Shown here piece by piece: positions 7,348 to 14,124 of a stretch of DNA of 14,697 bases. How positions within the stretch are numbered: the first letter of the stretch is position 1; the number at the start of each line of letters is the position of its first letter. Both the position numbers and the translations under genes were made by a program. The stretch lies in assembly GCA_038208905.1 (NCBI GenBank), contig JBBQYG010000097.1:1-14697 (forward strand), written 5' to 3'. The DNA comes from Candidatus Sumerlaeia bacterium (GTDB taxonomy: Bacteria > Sumerlaeota > Sumerlaeia > SLMS01). The notes under the pieces were generated by a model. It had not been told where the DNA came from and did no database searches. It saw only the letters and a list, made by a program, of their open reading frames with translations.

Positions 7348-9066
7348 CTCCCGAAGTACCCTCTCCGTTTCGCGAAGCGCGACCGTGGCTCCGCCACGCT
7401 CGCGATGTGCCTCGCTCAACGACTCCTCCGCAGCATGCAGATCGCCCAGCGCCATCGCGACTTGGGCATGGACTATGAACGCGCGGCGCGCGGGGAAACC
7501 GTCTATACGAAGGTCCTGAGAGTGGGAACGGAACTCCTCCATTGCGGCGAGGAGGACACTGGCCGGCGCCGACGCGAGTTCGTCGATCCGGTCCGGATCA
7601 AAAATGTAGGTCGTCAGGCGGTGCCGCTCCGCGATCCCGGGGCGCGCGAAGAGTCGCCCCGAATCGTCCCACGCGACGAGATCCCAGCCCAATCCCCGTT
7701 GTATATGCGCCGCCATCGGCGCGCGAGAGCCGAACGGCTCATAGTAGAACGCGATTCCCAGCTTGTCGAGATGGGCCGCCCAATTGGGATCGCCGTCCGC
7801 AAAGCATGGCTCGTAGACCCCGCGAACATAGGCGGCGCTGTAGGCTTCCTGACGTCCATCCATGACGATGCCCTGGCGGACAACTCCCGGTTGGGAGAGG
7901 AGGACGCTCGACCAGCCGAACTCTGCGAGAACGGGACCTTCGACTTTGGGGATCCGGTCAAGGACCGAGCCGACTCCTCGCGTGTCGAGACGCGGATCGA
8001 GACCGAGTCCGGGGTGCATCCAAGGCGTAAGCGCGAGCGTCGCAGCCGACAATGAGGCGACTGCGAGAGCAACAATCGGGGGAGCACTCGTTCGGTCAGA
8101 GAGCCTGCGAAGAGGGGCGTTTGAGGATGCGAACTCCGCCAGAAATGGAAGCCCTGCCAGCACCGCCGGGAGCGCCGCCCGCGGCACGGCAACGGAGAGG
8201 AGCGCCAGCGCGGCGGGAGCGAGCGCCTCCCATGCGCGTCCCTTTCGTATCAGCCAAATGCAGGAAGTGATAACGGCGAGGAGGACAGGAATCGCGGGCC
8301 ACATCACGCGCCATACCTGGGTGCGATACTCGTCAGGCGTGACAACCGAATCGGCACCGCCAAGAAATGCGAAGGGGGAGATCATCGCCCGCAGGCCTGC
8401 GGGATGGAGGAGGGCGTATGCCAGGGCCGGAAGCACGAGCGCCGGGGCCAGCAGCAGCGCCTTTCTCGACATCGATTCGCGGCTCCCCATCACAAGCCCG
8501 CCAAGGAGAAAAAGACCCAGAAACCATTCCGCGTGGAGGAAGGACCAACAGAGGAAAAGAGTCCAAATGCCGACCATTCGCGCGGGGCCGATCCTCTCTT
8601 TTCCGCTGGAAAGCAGAAGGTGCGCCGCGCCGATCAGGAGGATTGAGAAGAGCCCGGGCCGTTCCACAAATCGAGAGGAGACGGCACACGCCGCGATGCC
8701 GACGATCAGGCAGGCGACCGCGGCGGAGGCGCCTCTCCGCACGGCCGCCAATGCCAGCATCCCGAATCCCCCCGCAACGCATCCGGCCTTCAACAGCACG
8801 AGCCCCGCCGGTCCGGCGACACCCCATACCAAGGCGAAAACGGGAGCTGCCAGAAGCCAAAGAGATGCGAAGGGAGTCTCCGGCGGGAGAAGCGGGAGGT
8901 AGAACTCGCGCCCCGCATAGCTGCCGTCCAGCATCGCCCGGCCCACTGCCAGATAGAACCCGAAATCGAGATCGTAAATCGACGTAAGGGAGAGGACGAC
9001 CAATGCAAGGATCAACCCTGCGAAAGGGATGGTCCGCGATGCGAGCCCAGCCCGGGATGCAGGCAT
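7327..9066 (-). CDS. Large polytopic membrane protein, GT-C-fold-like, with soluble C-terminal domain and a TPR-like end
   Basis: 579 aa; roughly ten or more hydrophobic segments in the first ~350 aa; acidic DLD after TM1; ERPGLFS, WSFLH, HPAG, MDGRQEAY motifs; C-terminal AQVAMALGDLHAAEESL. Confidence 0.75.
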   Translation of the reverse strand: MPASRAGLASRTIPFAGLILALVVLSLTSIYDLDFGFYLAVGRAMLDGSYAGREFYLPLLPPETPFASLWLLAAPVFALVWGVAGPAGLVLLKAGCVAGGFGMLALAAVRRGASAAVACLIVGIAACAVSSRFVERPGLFSILLIGAAHLLLSSGKERIGPARMVGIWTLFLCWSFLHAEWFLGLFLLGGLVMGSRESMSRKALLLAPALVLPALAYALLHPAGLRAMISPFAFLGGADSVVTPDEYRTQVWRVMWPAIPVLLAVITSCIWLIRKGRAWEALAPAALALLSVAVPRAALPAVLAGLPFLAEFASSNAPLRRLSDRTSAPPIVALAVASLSAATLALTPWMHPGLGLDPRLDTRGVGSVLDRIPKVEGPVLAEFGWSSVLLSQPGVVRQGIVMDGRQEAYSAAYVRGVYEPCFADGDPNWAAHLDKLGIAFYYEPFGSRAPMAAHIQRGLGWDLVAWDDSGRLFARPGIAERHRLTTYIFDPDRIDELASAPASVLLAAMEEFRSHSQDLRIDGFPARRAFIVHAQVAMALGDLHAAEESLSEAHRERGGATVALRETERVLRELRQKAQ

Positions 9067-9079
9067 CGGGCGGGGCCGC

Positions 9080-10153
9080 TTAGTCCGAACTGGTCGTGTG
9101 GATACGATTCACCTGAAGGCAATTGCGGCAGCCTTCGGGCACGATACCGTCCTGCCAATCGCGCTGGAAGCCGAGGAACTTCTCGCTCTTGAGAAAGTCC
9201 ATCAGGTTGCCCAGTCGAAGATCGCCATACACTCCGTCGTCCTTGGGCTTTTCTTCGGGGAGGTTGTAGGGACGGACGTCGTTGACGTTGAGGTAGCAGC
9301 AGCTTGAGACGCGGCCCTCGTAATCGATGAACAGGTTGGTCACTGGCTTCACGATGCACATGCCCTGATGGTGCATCTTGCGCGGGTGGATATCGAGGCG
9401 GATACCGACTTCATCGGCTGTGCGGCGTGCCTCGGCCAGGACGGCGTCGTGGCGCTCGACCATTTCTGGGGTAAGGTCCGCGGCGATTCCCGTATTCCAC
9501 ATGGCGTCGGCGAGTTCGGCACGGTGGATCACTGTCTCGATATGCTTGGCCACGAACTGGTCGAAGCCGCATCGCGCGGCAAGCCGGATGGCGCCGGGGA
9601 GCTGCTCGAAGTTCTGACGCAACTGCACGAAGGACCACTGCATGGTGGTCTGTGCGCCGATCTCGCGGCGGAGCTTGTTGAACGCCGTCAGGCGCTCCAC
9701 CAGCACGTCGAAGGTTCCCTTGCCGCGCACGTACTCGTAGGTCGCCGCGTTATCGGCATCGCAGGAGACGGAGATCAGTTCGAGGTTGGTGTCCAGTATC
9801 TTGCGATCCAGCGGCTGACGAAGCAACAGGCCGTTGGACGTGAAGCACGTCCACACACCCGCCGCGCGGCACCGGTTGATGATCTCCGGCAGTTCCTTGT
9901 TCATGAGCGGCTCGCCCCAGCCGGTCAGGTGGACGTACTTGAAATGGTGGATGTGGGGCTGGACGTGCCGCTCGAACATGTCGAGCGAGAACATCCCCTG
10001 GGGCACGCCCTCGAAATGGCGCGGGCACATGACGCACTTAAGGTTGCACGCATAGCTCGACTCGATGTTGAGCGTGTCGGGAAATGGCAGGGGGGCCTTC
10101 TCGTTGAATACCTTCTGCTTGAGCGTGCGGAGCTTGTCGAGAACCTGTGACAT
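9080..10153 (-). CDS. Radical SAM protein with C-terminal SPASM/Twitch-type domain, 357 aa
   Basis: CNLKCVMC (Cx3Cx2C), GWGEPL, TSNG, VSCD, YEYVRG; C-terminal C..KP...LFIDYEGRVSSCC...GDL...CRNC. Start moved from 10252 to ATG 10153. Confidence 0.9.
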   Translation of the reverse strand: MSQVLDKLRTLKQKVFNEKAPLPFPDTLNIESSYACNLKCVMCPRHFEGVPQGMFSLDMFERHVQPHIHHFKYVHLTGWGEPLMNKELPEIINRCRAAGVWTCFTSNGLLLRQPLDRKILDTNLELISVSCDADNAATYEYVRGKGTFDVLVERLTAFNKLRREIGAQTTMQWSFVQLRQNFEQLPGAIRLAARCGFDQFVAKHIETVIHRAELADAMWNTGIAADLTPEMVERHDAVLAEARRTADEVGIRLDIHPRKMHHQGMCIVKPVTNLFIDYEGRVSSCCYLNVNDVRPYNLPEEKPKDDGVYGDLRLGNLMDFLKSEKFLGFQRDWQDGIVPEGCRNCLQVNRIHTTSSD

Positions 10154-10177
10154 GTTGGGCGGCGGGAATCCTTGGCC

Positions 10178-10205
10178 AGTGGCACGGGCGGACTGCCCAT
10201 GCACT
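10178..10205 (-). other. Stem-loop in the radical SAM gene leader
   Basis: Minus-strand RNA AGU-GCAUGGGC-AGUCC-GCCCGUGC-C-ACU: 8-bp stem (one U-G) extended by 3 bp past a 1-nt bulge. Confidence 0.45.
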
Positions 10206-10223
10206 TTCGTAAGACGCGGGGGG

Positions 10224-10252
10224 AGATTCGCCCCGCCGCCCAAGCCTGTCAA
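10224..10252 (-). promoter_or_regulatory. Putative sigma70-type promoter for the radical SAM/membrane protein pair
   Basis: Perfect TTGACA (10252-10247), 17-bp spacer, GAATCT (10229-10224; keeps the conserved A and final T). Confidence 0.5.
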
Positions 10253-10256
10253 GCCG

Positions 10257-10736
10257 CTACGCCTCGGGCGGCGAGTAGATCATCTTTGGAGTGATTCCGA
10301 GCATGCGCAGATAGACCGTCAGGATCCCTCGATGATGGGCGGTGTGGTCCATCGCGCCCCCCACGGCAAGCTCCTTGGGAATCGGCCCCATGATGGGGTT
10401 GGGAGCCATGTTGGATTGGAGTTCCGCCTCGGTCATCTTTTCCACGAAGCCGATGATCTGATCCCATGCGGCGTCCAATTCCGCCTTTGCCTGATCGAGC
10501 GTTACCGGGTTGCGCAACTCGACCTCGTGCTTGGCGAAGTCCATGTCGAAACCGGTTCCAAAGGCGCCCTCCTGAAACCAGAGGAGAGTAGCGCCGATGT
10601 GCCGGATTTGCTGGGAGACAGTCATCATGCCGTCTACGGGACGGAAGTCGGCATGCTGGGGTTCGAACTGACCGATGGCGTTCGAGAGGAAATGACGGTC
10701 CATCGCGATACTTTGGGCAAAGAGCTTTCCATCCAT
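10257..10736 (-). CDS. DinB/YfiT-family four-helix-bundle putative metalloprotein (not DNA polymerase IV)
   Basis: DFRPVDGMMTVSQQIRHI and DHTAHHRGILTVYLRMLGITP with the His triad; GGAGG at 10750-10746. Confidence 0.9.
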   Translation of the reverse strand: MDGKLFAQSIAMDRHFLSNAIGQFEPQHADFRPVDGMMTVSQQIRHIGATLLWFQEGAFGTGFDMDFAKHEVELRNPVTLDQAKAELDAAWDQIIGFVEKMTEAELQSNMAPNPIMGPIPKELAVGGAMDHTAHHRGILTVYLRMLGITPKMIYSPPEA

Positions 10737-10769
10737 GAGTCGAAACCTCCAATTGGCGAATGGAAAGCG

Positions 10770-10797
10770 AATCTGCCAGGCGGCGGGGCAGGGTCAA
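10770..10797 (-). promoter_or_regulatory. Putative promoter for the dinB-family gene
   Basis: TTGACC (10797-10792), 16-bp spacer, CAGATT (10775-10770). Confidence 0.35.
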
Positions 10798-10880
10798 CGA
10801 AGATCTTACGAATCCATTTCGCGGGGGGTTCGGTCATCTGCGCTAGCGGGTTGGTGCCCTCGGGGAAAGCTCAGAGAGGA

Positions 10881-10900
10881 GTTGGATGGATCCATTCAAC
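10881..10900. repeat. 20-bp near-perfect palindrome downstream of nuoF
   Basis: GTTGGATGGATCCATTCAAC; 9 of 10 symmetric pairs complementary. Confidence 0.6.
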
Positions 10901-10911
10901 CGCATCGAGGC

Positions 10912-12300
10912 TCAGTGCGCGGCGTGGCCCCACGTCGGCTTGTGCTCGAAGTGCTCGTTGACGAATTTGCCGTCTGCCATCCACGAGCGCTTGTTCTTGT
11001 AGGGGCAGGCCTTGAGGCGGATGTGCTCCTCGAACTCGCTCCAGAAGGTGTTGAGCGCGGAGCTGACGGGCCACGCGGCGGCGTCGCCCAGGGCGCAGAT
11101 CGAGCGACCGCAGATCATGCCGGTGCCCGGTCCCGTACCCGCGAGGGAGCGCAGCATCTCGAGATCGCCGGGGGTGCCCTCGCCGTTCTCGATGCGCATG
11201 AGGATCTTGTGGAGCCAGGCCGATCCCTCGCGGCAGGGCGTGCACTGGCCGCAGGATTCATGGCGATAGAAGGCACTCAGGTTCGCGATGGCCCAGACCG
11301 GGCAAACGGTGTGATCCATGACCATCATGCCGGCGGAGCCAAGGAAGGAACCCACGGCCTGCATGCCCTCCATGGATACGATGGCATCGAGATGCTTGGG
11401 CAGGAGCCACGGCACCGACGAGCCGCCCGGGATGATGAACTTGAGATCGTGATCGTTGCGGATTCCACCGCACAGATCATAGATAACCTCGCGCAGTGTG
11501 ATCGTCATGGGGATCTCGAAAACCCCGGGCTTCTTGACGTGGCCAGAGACGCAGAGCAGGCGCGGGCCCGTGGACTTCTCGTGGACGTAGGACTTGAACC
11601 AATCCACGCCCTTCTTCAGAATCCAGCTCACGTTGATGATCGTCTCGACGTTGTTGATGATGGTGGGCTTGCCGTATAGACCGCTGATAGCCGGGAAGGG
11701 CGGCTTGAGCTTGGGGTAGCCGCGATAGCCTTCCAGAGAGGTGAGCAGTGCCGTCTCTTCGCCGCAGATATACGCACCGGCGCCGCGATGCACAACGACG
11801 TCGAGGCGCTTGCCGCTCCCCATGGCATTCTCGCCAAGCAGTCCGGCGGCATAGGCCTCGTCCACGGCCTGCTGCATGACCTTGGCCGACTTGTAGTACT
11901 CGCCGCGGATATAGATGAAGGCCAGATTGGATTCAATCGCGTGCAGGGTACAGATGATGCCGTCGATCAGGGTGTGGGGGCGCTGCTCCATGAGCGGGCG
12001 ATCCTTGCACGTCCCCGGCTCCGATTCGTCGGCGTTGATCGTCAGGTAACGCGGCCCGAGGCCCTTGGGAAGAAAGGTCCACTTGAGCCCGGTCGGGAAT
12101 CCCGCGCCGCCGCGGCCGCGCAGGCCGGAGTCCTTGACGATGCCGATGATCTCATCGGGCGCCATGGTCAGTGCGCGCTTGGCGGAATCGTAGCCGCCGA
12201 CTTTGCGATAGTCGTCGAGCCACTCGGTGCGGTCCTCCTCGATGTTGGGGAGGAGCACTCGCTCGTAGGCGGCGACGGCGGGGGGGATGGTGACGCTCAT
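10912..12300 (-). CDS. nuoF: NADH-quinone oxidoreductase subunit F
   Basis: SGLRGRGGAGFPTGLKW, NADESEPGT.KD, GAGAYICGEETAL, NNVET, ESCGQCTPCREG, ICALGDAAAWPV; GAAGGA upstream. Confidence 0.97.
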   Translation of the reverse strand: MSVTIPPAVAAYERVLLPNIEEDRTEWLDDYRKVGGYDSAKRALTMAPDEIIGIVKDSGLRGRGGAGFPTGLKWTFLPKGLGPRYLTINADESEPGTCKDRPLMEQRPHTLIDGIICTLHAIESNLAFIYIRGEYYKSAKVMQQAVDEAYAAGLLGENAMGSGKRLDVVVHRGAGAYICGEETALLTSLEGYRGYPKLKPPFPAISGLYGKPTIINNVETIINVSWILKKGVDWFKSYVHEKSTGPRLLCVSGHVKKPGVFEIPMTITLREVIYDLCGGIRNDHDLKFIIPGGSSVPWLLPKHLDAIVSMEGMQAVGSFLGSAGMMVMDHTVCPVWAIANLSAFYRHESCGQCTPCREGSAWLHKILMRIENGEGTPGDLEMLRSLAGTGPGTGMICGRSICALGDAAAWPVSSALNTFWSEFEEHIRLKACPYKNKRSWMADGKFVNEHFEHKPTWGHAAH

Positions 12301-12353
12301 GTGGTTGGCTATCCTTCTAGGGGGTGCGGAGTGGGACGGATGGCGCTGCGGGC

Positions 12354-12947
12354 TTAGTGATTTGGGCGAAAGATGTCTGCGACGGCGATGGGTACGGCTG
12401 GTTCAAAGAGCGCAGCAAGAGTCTCGCCGGGCTTCAGGATGAGCACGGTCGCATAGACTTCCTTATCCTGCTGCGGATCGCGGTAAACCTCGAGGCAGCC
12501 AGCCCTCAAGTTCACGATCCAGTATTCGGGAATTCCGGCGCGTGCATACACGGCGAGCTTGACCTTTTGATCCTTGCCGAGGGTGGAGTCGGAAACTTCC
12601 ACGGCAAGCACCACCCTTGCGGGACCAGCATACTTCCCCGCCGAGGGATCGGCGCGCTCAACCAAAACGTCGGGATCGAAGAAGTTGCTATCGTCCAAGC
12701 GGATGGAAGTGAGGGACACTTCGTAGCCGTTCTCCGCGAAGGCATTGCTGAGTAGAGTTATCACTCTAGCCTGAGCGATTCCGTGAGGTCGCCGACTGGG
12801 ACTCATGCGGTACAATCCTCCCTCGATCAATTCCACCCGCTCGGCTGCATCGATGATCTCGGCGTCCACCATGCGCAGGAACTCGTCCACTGTGATTGGG
12901 CGACGGAGATCGCTTTCTTCTTCAACGAGTGGGAGGGTGGCGGACAT
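12354..12947 (-). CDS. Uma2-family (DUF820) PD-(D/E)xK putative endonuclease, motifs intact
   Basis: ERVELIEG, MSP...H, DPDV, LAVEVSDSTL..D...K...YARAGIPEYWIVNL, EVYRDP. Confidence 0.92.
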   Translation of the reverse strand: MSATLPLVEEESDLRRPITVDEFLRMVDAEIIDAAERVELIEGGLYRMSPSRRPHGIAQARVITLLSNAFAENGYEVSLTSIRLDDSNFFDPDVLVERADPSAGKYAGPARVVLAVEVSDSTLGKDQKVKLAVYARAGIPEYWIVNLRAGCLEVYRDPQQDKEVYATVLILKPGETLAALFEPAVPIAVADIFRPNH

Positions 12948-12961
12948 CTATCGAGTCTCTC

Positions 12962-13432
12962 TCAGTTGCAGCTTGCCAGAATCTGATCGATGCTGCCGGG
13001 CGTCAGGTTGCCGTGGAGTTTCTCCCCCACCAGCATCGCGGGCGCCTCGGAGCAGGCGCCGATGCACTCCACGTTCTCGATGGAAAAGCGCCCGTCGGCG
13101 GAGATGTTCTTGCCGCGGGGGATGTTGCACTTGCCGCGCAGATACTCGATGGCCTCGTGGGCGCCACAGATCGCGCAGGCCAGTGTCTGGCAGAACGCGA
13201 TGTGGTGCCGCCCCACCGGGTGCTGGTGGAACATGGTGTAGAAGCTGACGACTTCGTACACTTCGGCGGCGGTGCAGCCGATGATTTCCGCGGCTTCCTT
13301 CATGGCGTCCTGCGGAACCCAGCCGACCTCCTCCTGAATCATCCAGAGCACCGGGAGCAGGGCGCTCCGGCGGGAGGGGTACTTTGCGATCAGCTTCGCG
13401 ATTTCGTCCTGCTTGTGGGAAAGGTAGGGCAT
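12962..13432 (-). CDS. nuoE: NADH-quinone oxidoreductase subunit E, 156 aa
   Basis: KYPSRRSALLPVL, EVVSFYTMF, CQTLAC...ECIGAC [2Fe-2S] ligands. Start moved from 13780 to ATG 13432 (AAGG upstream). Confidence 0.95.
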   Translation of the reverse strand: MPYLSHKQDEIAKLIAKYPSRRSALLPVLWMIQEEVGWVPQDAMKEAAEIIGCTAAEVYEVVSFYTMFHQHPVGRHHIAFCQTLACAICGAHEAIEYLRGKCNIPRGKNISADGRFSIENVECIGACSEAPAMLVGEKLHGNLTPGSIDQILASCN

Positions 13433-13457
13433 CGTTTCGTGGCCTTGGGCGGTGTGA

Positions 13458-14021
13458 TCAGAGTCGGATGAGCTGGCTGGGGGTGATCTTGATCGTCGGG
13501 TCGACGAGGGATGAGACTGCCTGGTCGCCGGAGAAGCGGCTCGCAGGCTTGTATGTACACGCTTCGCGCTCGGGATCGCGGGGCACGCGGATGTTCTTCC
13601 CGCGTACGTCGAAGACCCCGTATTCGGGAATGCCAGCGGAGGCGCAGGCAGAAAGCTTGATCTTGAGATCCTGCGAGAGCGTGGATAGCCCGACTTCGGC
13701 GACCAAGAGCGCGCTTTCCGCAGTGGGATAATCCACTGCGCTCTCGGCACGAAAGACAACCAGCTCGGGCTCGAACGCATTCACTTCGTCGAGTACCAGC
13801 GTCGCCTGGCAGGATATGCTGTCCTCCAGTCCAGATGATTGGCGTGAGAGCAAGACGATCAGTCTGGGTATTGGCTCGTTGTGTCGGTTGCTCTGTGGAC
13901 TTATTGGCACAATCTCCCCATCGATCAGTTCCACCCTCTCGTCCGGCGCAATGATCGCCTCCTCCGCCGTGCGGAGATATTCGGTGGTGGTGAGGGTGCG
14001 CTGGACAGGCGGGGCGATCAT
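13458..14021 (-). CDS. Uma2-family protein with degenerate motifs (possibly inactive or an early pseudogene)
   Basis: ERVELIDG, AEVGLSTL..D...K, AGIPEY retained, but PD is PE, YA is CA, EYW is EYG; reading frame still open. Confidence 0.85.
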   Translation of the reverse strand: MIAPPVQRTLTTTEYLRTAEEAIIAPDERVELIDGEIVPISPQSNRHNEPIPRLIVLLSRQSSGLEDSISCQATLVLDEVNAFEPELVVFRAESAVDYPTAESALLVAEVGLSTLSQDLKIKLSACASAGIPEYGVFDVRGKNIRVPRDPEREACTYKPASRFSGDQAVSSLVDPTIKITPSQLIRL

Positions 14022-14083
14022 GGGGGTGAAGGGGCATTCCTTGGGGGCTTGCCCGCAGGGGCCATGATCCGGCGGGCGAGGGA

Positions 14084-14112
14084 ATTACACCGGGTTTCCC
14101 CGGCAATGACAA
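14084..14112 (-). promoter_or_regulatory. Putative internal promoter between nuoD and the Uma2 gene, overlapping a GAAA-tetraloop hairpin
   Basis: TTGTCA (14112-14107)-17 bp-TGTAAT (14089-14084); spacer holds CCGGG-GAAA-CCCGG (14103-14090). Confidence 0.35.
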
Positions 14113-14124
14113 GCAAAACGGGGA

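Larger units (their letters stand above)
10206..10812. repeat. Bipartite inverted repeat flanking the dinB-family gene (arms 10206-10240 and 10779-10812)
   Basis: Left arm (+): TTCGTAAGA-N15-GCCCCGCCGCC; right arm (-): TTCGTAAGA-N14-GCCCCGCCGCC; both blocks exact. Confidence 0.55.

Noticed and set aside
10180..10196. TGGCAC...TGC as a sigma54 promoter
   Set aside because: GG-to-GC spacing is 12, not the required 10, and it points antisense to local genes.
10154..10252. N-terminal extension of the radical SAM ORF from TTG 10252
   Set aside because: That TTG is part of a TTGACA box; the extension is low-complexity and ATG 10153 gives a normal domain start.
13433..13780. 116-aa N-terminal extension of NuoE in the ORF track
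   Set aside because: Overlaps the Uma2 gene in another frame; NuoE homology starts at ATG 13432, which has its own AAGG.
12354..14021. Uma2 pair as template/variable repeats of a diversity-generating retroelement
   Set aside because: DNA similarity is limited to short motif patches, substitutions are not adenine-specific, and no reverse transcriptase is present.
13443..14045. CCTTGGG direct repeat on both sides of the second Uma2 gene as a target-site duplication
   Set aside because: Reads CCCAAGG on the coding strand, an SD-like AAGG also seen before other starts; only 7 bp and absent around the first Uma2.
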